64,000 bases of DNA from the human T2T-CHM13v2.0 reference genome, Homo sapiens: assembly GCF_009914755.1 (NCBI RefSeq), contig NC_060946.1; one strand, 5' to 3'. The notes beneath the pieces were generated by a model. It was given only the letters and a program-made list of their open reading frames with translations, had not been told where the DNA came from and did no database searches. Below, in pieces: positions 38,601-53,850 of the stretch. Each line of letters begins with the position of its first letter. The stretch's first letter is position 1. The position numbers and the translations under genes are program-made.

Positions 38601-39930
38601 AATGAAGGTGCCAGGGTCAAACGCCTTACCCAGAGCCAGGCAGCTGTGGGCGGTGGAGCTAGCGCTCAGGCCTGGGTAGACCGTGCCGGGCACACGGAGG
38701 GCCTCACTAAACAACATTATTTTTTGACTCCAACCTGCCCTTTATTCCTCAAAGGCCCCTGAATATACTGGCCTCCAGCCTGGCCTCTCCCTCCTGCAAG
38801 CCTTCGTAGGGACTGTTCCAGCCACCTGCCGTGCCTCTCCTTCCACTTCCAGAAAGCAAACCTCTCACCCTTTACATTCTCATCAAATGCTACCTCTTCC
38901 ACTGAGCCGCCCTGGGCTCCACCACCCCACTCCTGTCCGGCCCCTTCCCCCTACCCCAGTAAAGCCCCCCAGCACAGCAGTCTCCTAACTGACTGTCGCC
39001 TACCCTGCCTCAGCCCATCCTCTGCACAGCAGCCCAAGGAAGCCTCCCGCAGCGCACTCACATCGCCGCCCTGCTCTAAAGCCTCTGGCGCCTCCCCAGC
39101 TCCTCTGCTCCACAGTTTAGGCCCCTCATGATCTGGCTTGGCTCTGTCTCTGCAATGTGCCCTCCAATACCATCAAGACAAACTGCTCCCCGCTTCACAC
39201 ACGCAGGCGTGCACACACACGCATCTACACATGTCATGTGTGCACACATGTGCACACATGTACACCTCTCCAGCTGATGCGGGATCTCCTAGGCTCCTCC
39301 CTTGCTTGGGCCTCTACTTCCACTCCTGCCTTACCCACCTTCCCACCTCCAGCCCAACCCCAGAACAGCACCTCCAAGAAACACCCCCTGTAATTCCTCA
39401 GCTCCCCTACCAGCTCCTTCCTGGAACACAGCATCCACCTGGCCTGTTCCCAAACACATACATGCTCCCTGCTGCTGGAAGACACAGCGTCCAGCCTTTT
39501 CCTGGCCCGGAGGGAGCTCAGGGGCCTCTGGTGTCCTCCCCAGACTCCTGGATCCTCCCTCCCCACTCCCAGGGATGGGCACGTGAGCTTCTTACCCCTC
39601 TCTGAACTCGGAGAGGCTTTTTGCAGCTCTTGGCCTTTCCCCTTGAGATTCCCCGGCCTGGAGTACCCTCCTGTCCCATCCCCGCCCAGTGAGTGCTACT
39701 TCTCAGGCAGGACTCAAAGCTGCCTCCTACAGGAAGCCTTCCAGCCCACCAGGCCTCAGCCACCCTGTAAGGACTGGCTGGCAAGTCTGCCCCTGTGTGG
39801 GCTTCCTGAGGGCAGGGACTCTTTTCATGCCCAGGCCCATACTGGCTCCTTGAGAACTGTCTGCTGAGGAAACATGCTCCCTCCTGTGCCACCCCTGAGT
39901 GCCTGGAGGCACAGCAAGCAAGTTGATCAG

Positions 39931-40164
39931 ACCACGGAGACCACCGGCCCACCTCTCCCACCTCCACCGACCACGGGGACCACCAGCCCACCTCTCCCAC
40001 CTCCACCGACCACGGGGACCACCAGCCCACCTCTCCCACCTCCACCGACCACGGGGACCACCAGCCCACCTCTCCCACCTCCACCGACCACGGGGACCAC
40101 CAGCCCACCTCTCCCACCTCCACCGACCACGGGGACCATCAGCCCACCTCTCCCACCCCCACTG
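39931..40164. repeat. Minisatellite, 6 x 39 bp (ACCACGGGGACCACCAGCCCACCTCTCCCACCTCCACCG)
   Basis: Four identical internal units with variant first and last units. Confidence 0.97.
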
Positions 40165-42489
40165 AGCCCCCTGCGTCGCACGCCTGGGCCACCGGCCTCT
40201 GCCCTCACCGGCTGCTGGCTCCCATGAGATTGGAATAGTATCCAAAATCTTCCCAGACTTCACTTCTTCACCTCCCACCTCACTCACTTGCTCCAGCCAC
40301 CACCTCCCCGCCATGGCCGCCTTGCTCCTCCTGGTAAATGAAAGAAGGAAGGGCTTGCAGAGCTTGACCACGTGCTTCCTCAGCACCCACTGAACCCTCA
40401 AACCAGCATCATTCGCAAAGGACAGAGGAGGAAACTGAGGCACAGAGAAGGGAAACAACTGCCCAAAGCCAGGCTGCTGCAGGGTGAGGCCTGCAACCAC
40501 CCCCTCCCTGCCTCCAAAGGCCAAGCCCTCCACGTCCCCAGCCCATGCAGCAGGTCCCTAGGAAACCGGGAGGGGCAAGGGAGTGCAAGGGAGAAGAATG
40601 TAAGGAAAGGCGGGGTTATTATCCTCCCAGGTCAGGGGCCTCAACCACCCTCCACTCCACTCAGAGATGCTGACCCACCCCCTCGTGTCTACCCCCATCC
40701 CACCCCACTCCGGTCCAATCAGACTTCACCTTCTGTCCACAGGCCGACTCCCACTGTGGACAGAGAGCTGCCCCCACTGACACGGGCCTGGGGGTAGCAG
40801 CAGGGGCAGTTGTCCCCTCCCCTCACCCCCGGAGGCCCACACACCTGTGCCTGAGGAGCACCTCAGCCACCTGGAGGGCCAGGGCTGCCTGGGCAGGGCT
40901 GGGGCAAAGGCATTCTGGCATCTTAGGGCCTCCTAGCAGGTGCCTGGTGACCAAACCTGACTACCAAGAATCACAGCCTGGCAGAATTGGAAGAGCTTAA
41001 ACCTCTTCGCTGTCACCCATTAGACAGATGGGAGCCTGAGGCCTGCAGGGGTGCCAGGACTCCCCAAGGCCCCCTCAGCCTCCCCACCCACCCTCGGTGG
41101 GCACGCCTGCTGGGAGCAGCCCCTGAGCCCCTGGAGGGAAGGACATGGCCTCACTCCCCGCCAGGGTCCCAGCACCCGGCCCAGAACAGGAGTTCAAGAG
41201 TTTCCTTGAACAAATAAAAGCGTGAGAGAGTCCATGCCGAACACAGGCCCTGCCTTGCCTTCTTGTAGAGGGATCTAAAGGTGGAGATCAAACGAGGGCA
41301 TTAGCCTGAAAGTGCTTTCAAAACCCATAAATCACTACACACCTGGAAGGGACTTGTAATCCCTAAGTGGCGAAAACGGTCACAGGTTAAGTATTTCATT
41401 CACTCATTCATTTCATACCGATTCTCAAGTCCTGGCTCTGTGCCAAGTCCTGGGGACGGTGCAGGGGACTGGCAATGACCTCAACAGACATGGCACTGCC
41501 CTGAGGAAGCCCACGGCTCCAAGGGAGTCAGTCAAACAGGGTACCAGGAATTACAAGCGGAACGTGCGGGGGCCGTGGGGCCTAGGCCAGGTGGGGCTGC
41601 CTGGTCTTCCAGAGGAAGGGTCACCTAGCTCTCAGGCCTATTGGAGACAAAGGGTCTCCAAAAAGCAGGTCAACTAGCAAAGGGAGCACAGCTCCCCAAC
41701 CAGCCAGTGTCATCTCAGGTGGGCAGTGTCTAAGACAGGGACACACAGTTGGGCAGTATATATAACACTATCATTGTCCTCATTTTAAAGATGAGGAAAC
41801 TGAGGCCCAGAGAGCCAAAGCAACATGCCTCAGGTCTCACAGCTCTTAGGCAGCAAAGCTGGTGGTCATGGGGCCTCCTGCACATTCTCAGGTCCCTGAG
41901 GAGGCTTGGAACAGTTTCTAGAACATTCAGCCAGTGAACTAAGGGCCAAGCCACTGTGATGGGATTCAGGCCAGCTGCTCCACTCCCAGCAGGGAGGGAG
42001 GAGGCCGCAGCCAGGGTAGGCCAATCACACAGTGGGCCCTCAGGAAACACGGCCCCAGCTGGACCTGCAGAAATCACTAGAAACAGCCCAAACAAACCAT
42101 CCCTGCACAGGAGCTGCCTAATTCGAGCCTGGGGGCCACCGCCCTAGGAGGCCGGTGAGGTTTCCCAGTAACCAAGCCGGCCCGGCAGCCCTCCCTTTAA
42201 TGCATGCAAACGAGGGGCATAAATTCCTGCTTACTTAACTTCACAAATGTTAACAAGCCCATAAAAAATAAGTTATTCTTCCCCAGCTCCACAACACCCT
42301 TCGTTTGTTTAATTTTGCTTCTCCTCTCCCCGCCCCCAGCCTCCTTGGCGACAAGGGAAAAGCTTGTCTTTTCCGTCTTCCATCTTTCCCTGCCTGTGGG
42401 GTCTGCCCTTGCCTCAACCTGCCCCAGGGAGGCTGAAGGAAGAAGCCCCAGATAAGGAATCAGAAGGCCCAAGAGTGAGCCCTGCTCCC

Positions 42490-42680
42490 TCCTCCACAGC
42501 TGTGTGACCTTGGGCTCCTGACTTAACCTCTCTGTGGTTTAATTGCCTCATCTATGAAGTAGGAACAGTAGCTGCACCCTGCCTGCTTTGGGGTTCCTGG
42601 GAGGATCAGAGGAGATAATCCAAGTAAAGTGCTTAGTTGTCTCTGGCACAGAGCAAACCCTCAATAAATGTTAGCCCATG
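42490..42680. mobile_element. MIR (one of about 20 MIR fragments in the intron)
   Basis: gctgtgtgaccttggg...acttaacctctctgtg...ctcaataaatgttagc. Confidence 0.8.
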
Positions 42681-44449
42681 CTATTATGTAAAGAAGAGTT
42701 AAATACCCTCCGGTTAATCCATTTGTAGAGTTTGTCTTCCGGGGCAAGCTGGCAGCTCCAAAGGCAGCCTGTGGTTCGGTTTTGTTGGCAGACTCGGTGT
42801 TGACACACATTTGAGTTTTGATGCCATCCAAACTGACCGCTGGAGTTTGCCACAGGCCCACCACACCCTATTGCCCTACACAGACCAGACGTGCGCCTTG
42901 CAGTGACCCGGCCCCGGTGAGCGTCTGAGTTTCCCACCCCTAGTTCTTGCCTCTCAAAAGCCTTTCCAACTGGTGATCTCACTAGAGGCATCACTAGGCC
43001 CAGCTGACAGATAAGGAAACCGAGGCTCATGAGGGGGGCAGCAACTTGCCCACAGTTCCCAAGGAAGGGTCTGTGGAGCCAAGGTGAGAGGCAGCCACCA
43101 GTCCCAGCCTGTCTTCTCTCCTGAGCCCCTGTGCCACCACGACAGGTTCAGGGAAGCCTCCCTGGCAGCTGGAGGAGCAAATAAATGGCCAGTTACGCAG
43201 GTGGCAGGAGAGATGGTGTTCAGCCTCCAGGGGCTCGGTGGGTCCCAGGACCAGGCAGGAGGCTGAGCAGAAGCCAGAGCATGAGCTGGGCCTCGTCCCA
43301 GCCAACCCGAGGCATGCCAAGCCAGGGTGGCATTGCTGTGCACCGAGCACAGCACTGGGGACTCTGAAAGATAGGAGACGGGGGTTAGAGGTGGCCTGTT
43401 CCCTTCAGGTCTCCTCCACATCCTCCACTTGAGCCCACTTCCAAGAATGGCCCGGGCCAGAGACCATGCCTCACTTGCCCACAACTGCCCCCTCCTGCTG
43501 GCATCGAGCAGAAAAAGCCATAGCCCCAGCCTATCCCAGTTACTACCAGCTACATCTTCCCCAACAACATCCCAAGCTGAGGCCACTTTCATTCTTCCCT
43601 CTCTCACCAATCTCAAGTCCCCCATGAGGTATCACTCCATGATGCTCCTCCCCCCACCCCCAGGCAGGTGCACCTGTCCATCCATTCATTCTGCAGAACA
43701 AAGCTAGGCTCCCAGCACTGCAGGGACTTGCCCAAGGTCCCACCAAGCCCAGAGTGAAACCCAGCTCCTAGACATCCCTACCACCACCTTCCCGATTTAG
43801 GAGGAGTCCCCGAGGGCATCCCTAGGGCAGAGGGCAGGGCCAGGCTCCTAAGGGGCGGGGCCATGCAAGGCGAGCGAGGGGCCGAGGGGCCGGAGGGTGG
43901 GGATGGGCCGAGAGAAGACTGGATCCTGGTCTGGGTCCCGGTTGCCTGGGCAACAGGACTAATTAATTCCGACTCCATCTGTGCCTTGGCTGGATGGGCG
44001 GTTTGGGCTCCCGGGTGTTTGTTTTGAAGCAAAGGGAGAGAAGCGAGAGGGCCTGGGAGGCTGCGGCCTTGGGGTCTAGCGAGGGGCTGACATTCGCCCC
44101 AAATTCACATAGCAGGCCCTCACCCCCACCACAGGAAAAGGCAGAAAAGGCAGGCCAGGCACCCAGAGACCATCCGGGACCTCCTCTCCCCAACGAGGCT
44201 CATCATCTCAGCCCAAACGAGGTCTCACACAGCCAGCCATCGGCGGTGCCCGCCGTGTATGCACACGTGTACACGCACCTGCACATGCCGAGGAGACCAC
44301 AGGCCCCAGAATGAGATAGCCTTGGGTTTGGCTGCCAGCTTAGCCTTCTGAGTCTCAGCTTCCCTGTCTGTAAAATGGGCAACACCACTCCCCTCAAAGG
44401 GCTCTTGGGAGAAAGAGAGGGACGTCCCCAGCGCAAGGACACCTGAGGG

Positions 44450-45060
44450 GCCTCATCTGTCCTGGGGTCCAGGAAGGCTTTGCTGAGGGTGATTCTGGTG
44501 AGGGAACCACGTATGTGGTACCCAGAAGGTGGCACTTTTGAGGAACTGGAACAAGGTCAGGAGAACTGAGATCAAGATAAATGGAACATCAGAAGGAGAG
44601 GGAGCCCTGAGGCCGAGCCAACTCCTTGCAGATCTCAAGGTTCTGGATCTTGGCCCAAGGGCAGTGGGGAGCCAGTGACATGCTGGGGGGGTGACACCAA
44701 TGGAAGGGTTTGGAATGCATCGGAGGGGCGGGAATGGCGCCAGCGGCCTGTGAGGAGGCTGCAACGAGACGGGCCTGGAGGGTGACTTGGTGCAGGCAAG
44801 GACAGCAGGGTGGGCACATGAAGGCAGATTTGAGTCAGGCTTAGCGAAGAGAGTCGGGCAGGATGGAGAGAGAGACCAAGGGGGGAGTTCAGGGATGCCA
44901 CCCAGGGTCTGGGTGGGTGGCTGAGTGAGCGTAGTGCCTGCCCTGGAACAGGGAGCCTCAGAGAATGGGCAAATAGCAGTGCAGGAGGACAGAGGCAGAG
45001 CCCGGGTGGGACCAGTTGAGCTTTAGGGGTCAGAGGAACACCCCAAAGGAGTGACCAGTC
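44450..45060 (-). mobile_element. L2 fragment
   Basis: Degenerate L2 antisense motifs (ggcagtggggagcca, gggatgccacccagg). Confidence 0.5.
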
Positions 45061-45496
45061 AGCAGGTGGCCACATGCAATGTCCTACAGCCAGAGGCAGG
45101 TGACAGTGGAGGATGGAGACTCAGGCATCCCTTGCACACAGCTGTTAAGATGCTGGCCCGACAGCAGCGGCTGACACCCAGGCTGGGAGGGTCAGCGCTC
45201 AGGGACAGGTGCAGCAGCTGGGAGTGGATGCTGGTGCTCAGGAGCCTGCCACATCCACCTGTGTTCAAAGCCCGAACCCAACACCTCACCAGCTATGGGA
45301 TCCTTGGCAAGTCACTTCACCTCTCTGAGCCTCAACTTCCCCATCTGTAAAATGAGAATAAAAGCAATACCTACCACATAGGTTGTTGTGAGGAGGGCCA
45401 TCCCCCCAGATCCTTAGCTGAGCCCCAGAGACACAGGAGTTCCAGCTACCTGCTGGTGATCAAGAAGGAAGGACTGGGCCTCAGGCCCTGGGCTGA

Positions 45497-45865
<369 letters not shown>

Positions 45866-46327
45866 ACCTCAGCTTCTTAAAATGTAAAATGGGGATAGTG
45901 AAGGTATCAACCCCATGGCTCATGGGGTCACTGTAAACATGAAATAAGAAAACATGTCAGGCATGGGTCACCTGCCTGGGACATAGCAAGCACTAAATAA
46001 TTCATCACTGCTGTCATTACAGTTATTGTCACTGCTCCTCCCAGTGACCCAAGAAGGGGGATGTGCTGATGCCCGAATAAGAAACAAGAAAGACAAAGGC
46101 CTCAACCTAGCATCCAGGACCTGAACTGACCACCACGTGATCGCAGGATCCCCTTTCCCTGCCCAAATAGCCCCCTTAGCCTGAGACAGGGCTGCATGAG
46201 ACTACCTGGATCTGAACCCTTTCCTGGCCTCTCCGAACTGTGTGACCTTGGACAAGTCATCTCACTTCTCTGAGCCCCAGGTTCCTCCCTTTAGGAAAAA
46301 AAAAAAGGGTGGGGGGGGGGTGGTCCT

Positions 46328-46661
<334 letters not shown>

Positions 46662-48089
46662 CTATCTGTACCATTGTCCCGAGGGCTGAACGAGGTGATA
46701 CGTGAAAGTTGTCCAGTCCAGTGATGGCACACAGCAGGTGCTCAACAAGTGACAGCAGTTACGATCGGTGATTGGATATGAAGACCTGGACACGGGGACG
46801 AATGACTGCATACAAGCACTCACAACGGAGTGCCGGGGTGTGGTGCCTGTCAGCTCAATCACACCCCAGAGGGCTGCACATCTCGGGATTCACCCCCAGG
46901 TGACCCTCCCTGGCGCTCCCCCATCAGGGAAAGGGCAGAGAGCAAAGGGACCCCCAGACAGTGCCTCCCATCCATGCCACCCCCCACTCCCACCGCCCCT
47001 GCAGCAAGCACACAGCCACGCGTGTGCCGCCCCAGCCCCGTGACCCACTAGCAGCCCCTCCCGTCCCCCGCTCTGCATCTGCTCAATTAGGGAAACTGGG
47101 GAGCGAGGGAAACAAAGACTTAATTTCTGAGCTAATCAGCCTGCCTCATACTAATTACCATCCTCCCGGGCATTAGGGCAGACTTCCTGGGGGAGGCTGA
47201 GGGGGAAGCTGGTCCCTGGGAATGACACCCCTTTCCCCTAAAGCCTGAGAGCCCAGCAATGGGAGGGTGGTGGTGCAGGGGGACAGGGAGGCTTGGGCAG
47301 GTGGAATTTCAGGGTGGGATGAAGGAGACGTGGTCAGAAGCAGGAGACAGAGTCCACTGGGCAAAGCAGGCAATGCACCCGTGGTCACCTGGACAGCCCC
47401 ACCTTCCCAAGGTTCCCGCCCCATCCTCCAGGCAGCCACAGGCTTGGGAGAGGCCCAGAACAGGTGCCCCAGTAGGCATGCAGCCCATGGCCTTGGCCAA
47501 GAGGACAGATGGACAATTTGAAGCTGGATAATTGAGCAATGATCAGAGGGAAGCTTCTGGATCATGGCCTACTGGGTGTGTGCATTTGTGTGTGCTTGTG
47601 TGTGTGCGTGTGTGTGTGTGTCGTATGTGTACATGAGCACACCAGAACAAGAGGGCTCCGGGACTGGGAGCCAGGAAGCCTGCGTTCAATTACCTGCTCA
47701 GGCTCTGGGAAAGTCCTTGCCCCTCTGAAATTCAGGCTATACCACAAGCGAGCTGGAGGGCACGATTTTTGGAAATCATTTCAGACGTGACCACAGGGCC
47801 ACTTATTCTTCAACAAATGCTTGTTGAACACCTACTATCATGCAGCCGGCTCTGTGCTGGCACCACAGGCACATTCGTGAACAAGACAGACAAGGTCCCC
47901 AGCCTCACGGTGCTTTCACTGTGATGGGGGAGCCAGGGAGTCAACACGAAAATCAAGAAACAAGTGCCTTGGCTTTGGCAGATAGAGGAACGTGCTCTGT
48001 AGAGAGTCCACCCATAGGATGTGGACAAGCGATGGGGCCACCACAGGTAGGGCTTATGGCAGCATTTTTTAGAAAACGCCCCACCCGGC

Positions 48090-48625
<536 letters not shown>

Positions 48626-49189
48626 TTATACATACACAGACAGATGACCACCATGTCCCCAGTCCTGGGCCCGGCTGCACAATGGATGTACCAGATAGAC
48701 AGGTATGTGCCTGATGATGAGAGGGGTGGGGCATCACATACCCCAGGGCCCATCAGCTCCCAATCACGGGATCTGCGGCCCGCACTCCAGGGGATACACT
48801 CAGCTCTGCTGGCACAGGCGTCCCTTGAACTGCCTCCCTCCCACCTGGTCATGGGGCCTTGGCAGCGGCCCACCATGTGCTGAGCGCCTGAGCCTCACTG
48901 CACGGAATTCTCACAACAGCCCTGCCAAGGAAGTGCTGTTAACCCTGTTTTACAGATGGGGAAATTGAGGCTCCGCTAGGTGAAGTCACTTGCTCAGTAA
49001 ATAATCAGCTAGGCACTCAAATCGGGCCTGATCCCAAACTGCCACCCCTACCATATGCCAGGACCTTCTTCCTGGACCACTCTCAAGGCTCAAACCAGGG
49101 CACCCGCCTGAACCAGCTCTGCCCAATAACTGGCCTTCCAGGGATTGCCAAGGGCGCCCAACACAGCAAGGCAGTCAGGTTCAGATGGC

Positions 49190-49385
49190 CAGTTTCAAAT
49201 CCTGATTTCATCACCGAGTCGCTGTGTGGCTGTGGGTAGGATCTTTAACCTCTCTGTTCCTCAGTTTCCCCACCTGTCAAGTAGGGATGGTGACAGTATC
49301 TATTTTGCTGGGTTGTTGTGAGGATTTTGCTAAGTTCTATAAAGTTCTTAGAGCAGTGCCTGGCACATGGTGTGTTGATATAAGG
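49190..49385. mobile_element. MIR
   Basis: tttaacctctctgttcctcagtttccccacctgt...gttgttgtgaggatt. Confidence 0.8.
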
Positions 49386-52300
49386 AAGATATGATTCCCT
49401 TTGACTCTGTGAATGGCCTGACACTTGGGTTCCACAGAAGGCAAGAGACAGAGCTGCAATTCGAACGCTGGACTCAGGACTCCCTGTCCAGGGCTCTCTC
49501 CCTACAGCATCAAGGAATCTCCAGCTTGGCCAAGGGAACAAAAAAGTCCCAGGACTGGCCCAGGCTCAGCCCCAAGGCGGAAAGACAGCCTGTGAGGAAG
49601 ACTAAAGGGATGAGAGCCACAGGCCAGGGACCAGGCCCCAGACCCTGCTCCATCACCTGCACCTCCCTCCTCTGTGCCTGGCACTCGCCTACCCGGCCCC
49701 ACCCCCAGCTCCGGAAGGCCCGGGCACTCCTGTGGGCACTCAAGGACCCTGGGAAGCTCCTGGGCCCCGAAGCAGCTCCCTGTGGCCCCAAGGAGCCCAG
49801 TGCCCAGTGATCCTGGGATGCAGCAGGTGGAGAACAGCAGGGAACAGCGTGGTCTCCCGGCACCACCTTCCAAGTCCCTGGGTACTCTGTCCCCAGAGAC
49901 AGCCAGGGGTCCTGGCCCTGGACCCCCACACCCTACCTTTCCCCAAGTCCCAGGGAGCCCGCAGGCAGGAATCCCAGCCAGAATGGGCTCCTGCCTAAAG
50001 TGCTCAGCCAACAGCGAGAGGAGCCCAGATGTCCACACTTAGCCTTGGAAGCAGATCCCCTCAAACCAGCCCACCCGTGCCCCAGGGCAGCGTGCCGGGT
50101 CAGAGGAGCTTGATTCTGCAGTCAGACACTTCAGATCTGAAGTGGGTGAAGGTAGAAAAAGTGCAAACAGCCCAGGCACTCACAACAGGGAAATGTCCGT
50201 TCAAGAAAAGCCCATTCCAAAGTGGATTAGGACCCAGGTCCCGCCGCACCCCTGAGAAGGGTGCTCAGGGTGCAATCAGGGGCCGCAGGAGGGTGCAGGG
50301 CCAGCTGCGAGGAGAATCCCTCCTGGGTAAGAACAGATGGTGTACGTGTGTTTGTAGGTACCAGGAAACACGGGTCAGTGACAGCCTCTGGGGAGGAGGC
50401 CTTGGGAACAGGCAGTGGCCCATTCCTTTCTGCTGTGCACGCCGAGAGCATGTGCCAGTTCCCCAGGTATAAGGGGGTTTGTATACTTATGCATTGTTTT
50501 ACACATACATGCTCCAAAACCCAGCAAATGCACAAAGATCACGAGGGCACACACATACACACACACCTGCCCTTGTGTGCCCAGCTTCCATCCAGCCAGC
50601 TCTCTCCTGCGGCCTGAGAGACAGGCGGTTGCGGCAAACAGACGGGGCAGGGCCAGAGAGATGGGTGGGCAGACAGAGACAAAGAGACAGGGAGAGAGAG
50701 AGAAACAGAACGAATGAGCTCAGCTCAGGCCCTAGGGTGATCCTGCTCAGAGCAGCCACTTTAGGCTGGTCCAGGGGCTGCGGGAAGTGAAAGTGCCCAA
50801 GAGGAAAGCCGGCAAGTCTCCACCCTCAGCCTGGCCACTCACTGCGGTGTGGCCCCGAGCCAGCGCCTCACCTCTCTGGGCTGCAGCCTGCCCACGAGTG
50901 CGGGCAGTGGGTGGGAGACCTGCTGGCTCCGACCCTCCAGCACTCCGGGGTCCTGGTTCCCTGTTGAGCCCCCGCTTCCCCTCTCCCCAGATGGTGCTGA
51001 GGGCAGCGTCCAGGTCAGCTGCCATCTCAGCCCAGCCAGGAACTCACTCCCAAAGCCCCTCCCTCCCCTGCCATCAGCCCCAGCATCAAATTGGAGAGGG
51101 ACGAGCCGGGCACTGACCGGAAACCGCAGGCGTGGATACTGCTGTCTTCCTGCCTCATCTCACCTAATCCCCATCACAGCCCTGATCCCATTCTACCACA
51201 CGAAGCAACCGAGGAGCGGAGGATGATCGGGCCGGAGCCCCACGGCCAGCGGGGGATGAATATGAATGAGCTGGGATGGAACCCACGCGTCTACTCCAAA
51301 GCCCGTCGGCTCCTTCCACGACATCCTGTTCGGCAGGCAGTAGGAGGGGCCACGGGGGCAGACACCCCCACATTTCCTGACCTAGCACCCAGAACCAGGA
51401 CTCCACAGGCCCCAGCCTGTCTCCAGCAGCCTCAGAGGTGACTCTAGAAGGGCCCCTGAAGCCTGCCTCCCTGCTCCGACCACCAGGAAAGCCAGCAAGA
51501 AGCCCAGTGCTAGCATTCCTGACTGCACGCCAGGCATAGCACCGAGTGCTTCATAGTGTCACCCTTGGGTGGTGGGCACTACTTTTATTCCTACTTGACA
51601 GGTGAGGACACTGAGGCACACACAGGCGGGGCAACTTGTCATGGGTAGAATTGGGAACTGACAGCTGGGCCCATGGGCCTGATCACTGCATCGCCCCATC
51701 CTGTAGCCTGGGAGTTTTTCCACTCTGACCTGCGACCCCCAAGCCAAGGAGTGTCTAGCGGGGCAGCAAAGGCCTCACCCCAGAAGCGCTGCTTAGATCA
51801 AGGGCCCTTGAGCCACCACCATTGGGGCACCTCAGTGCCAACCCCTCTCTGTAGCCGGTCTCTTCCCAGGATGATGCTTGGGGTCCCTGGAGAGCCCCCA
51901 CCTCCATCCTTGAGTCCCAGCCCTGGGTGAGGAGGGGAAGCGGAGAAGGTCTGTGTGCCCCCACAGACCTCAGACAATGTCCTCTGGGACAGGGGCTGTC
52001 CTTTGCCTGAGGTCCAGAGGGAGTGTAGGACAAGCAAGACTCACACAGCAAGCGGGAGGCAGGAAGGGGCAACATAGCCCTTCATCTCTGCCTCCCAGCT
52101 TGGCACAGAGGGCACCCTACCTCCTATGCTGGGTGGGTTGAGCTGTGACCCAGTGTGGAGACAGGGATGGGGCTATGGGTTCTCAGTAGCTTCTAGCTTC
52201 TCACGCAGCCCCTGGCAACCCTGTGGGCCTACTGTGTGCAGATACTCCTATCTCCAATCCTATTTCACTCCATCCCCTCCAGGAGCCTGGCAGTATCCCC

Positions 52301-52529
52301 ATTTCACAGATAAGAAAACTGAGACCAGGACATGTGACCACTCAGGCGTGGGATCTAACTCACAAGGTCTCACTTCCCACCACCAAACAGGCCTTCCTGC
52401 AGCCCCTGCCCCAATCCAACCACTCCCAGCCCTCAGGGACTGCCTCTTCCAAAAAAAAAGTCTTCCCAGAGCTCTTGGAACCTCCGCTCAGAGGACCATC
52501 TCTCCTCCGACATTCAGAAAGCAGACTGA

Positions 52530-52800
52530 GGTTGGGCGCCTCAGTCTGTACACTCACGCCTGTAATCCCAGCATTTTGGGAGGCCGAGGCAGGTGTATCA
52601 CTTGAGGTCAGGAGTTCGAGACCAGCCTGGTCAACATGGCGAAACCTCGTCTCTACTAAAAATAAAAATACAAAAATTTTCTGGGCATTGTGGCAGTCGC
52701 CTGTAATCTCAGCTTTCTCTCCAGCCTGGGCAAACAAGCAAAACTCCGTCTCAAAAAAAAAAAAAAAAAAAAGAAAGAAAGAAAGAAAAAGAAAAAAGAA
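52530..52800 (+). mobile_element. AluS with internal right-arm deletion, TSD AGAAAGCA(G/A)ACTGA
   Basis: Left arm largely intact; jumps from tctcagct to ctccagcctggg. Confidence 0.9.
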
Positions 52801-53850
52801 AGAAAGCAAACTGAGGCCAGCACACCCACAGTGCCTCCACCCTCAGACTGGGGCTCCTGGGAATTGAGGCTCTATCTCCCTCAGACAGGGCACTCACTCC
52901 CCTTCCCAAAGACTAAGAGGTCCCAGGACTCCCTCCTCCAGCACCTCCATCCACACAGCCCCCTACCTGATTGCAGGACTCTGCCCCAAGGGGCCAAGCA
53001 GGACCCCAGGCCACGCCTCAGCCCCTCCTCTCCCTTCTTCCTGGCACTCCTCCAGGCCTGGCCAGTACCAGGCAGGCTACCCTCCCACCACCGGGCCCTG
53101 TCCATGAATCCCACCTCTGTTGGGCACCACAGACCCCCCTTTCTCCTCCCCAAACAAATGGGGTCTTGAGCAAGGCACCGGGACAACCACGCACAAGGCC
53201 AGATCTATTCCCTGGACTGGCGCGGCTGCCAGCGGGGTGGGTGGTCAGGCTTGCGGAGCTGTCTGTCCCTTCCACAGCCCCTCCAGGTCCAGCCTCTGGC
53301 ATTGGGAGCCCGGCACTCTAAGCTCGTCCTGGCAGGGCTGGGACCAGCAGCCCTCCTCCCCGGGTGACCCAGGAGTGGGCCTGGGCCAGGCACCCCTAAC
53401 CACGCTCCCCACTTCCTCCCCTCTCCCTTCCCCTGACACAGTGTGGGCGGGGACCTCTGAGCATAGGTCCAAATCCCTGCTCTGCACCCTGGAAGAGAAT
53501 CTCTCCAGGCCTCTGTTTGGTCGTTTGCAACCGGGTGTGACACTCCCTATGCTGCAGGGGCTGCTGTGGCCACAGACGGGGTAAGGTACAGGAAGAAAAT
53601 CCCGGCACAGAAGAGGTGCTCAGTCCAAACTGGTTTTTCTCTCTCCTTCATTCCCTCTTCTGCCCTAGGGGGATAAGAGGTGGGGCTGGCAGAAATGGGG
53701 GTGAGAGGGCACAGGCTGGCAGAGTAGAAAATGACCTGTCCCAGGCACTTAAAATGTTGCCTATTCCAAAATCAAAGTCTCAAATCCCTCTACAGCTGGC
53801 AGTGAAGTCTCCTAAGACTAGGCTGGTTAAGGCTCCCAAGACCCCACAGC

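Noticed and set aside
39195-39265. 16-bp palindrome CATGTGTGCACACATG
   Set aside because: Expected in CA/TG low-complexity sequence
39931-40164. CRISPR-like array
   Set aside because: Head-to-tail repeats without spacers, in eukaryotic DNA
39518-40533. Several repetitive ORFs (e.g. PPLPPPPTTGTTS)
   Set aside because: Artefacts of the stop-free 39-bp minisatellite
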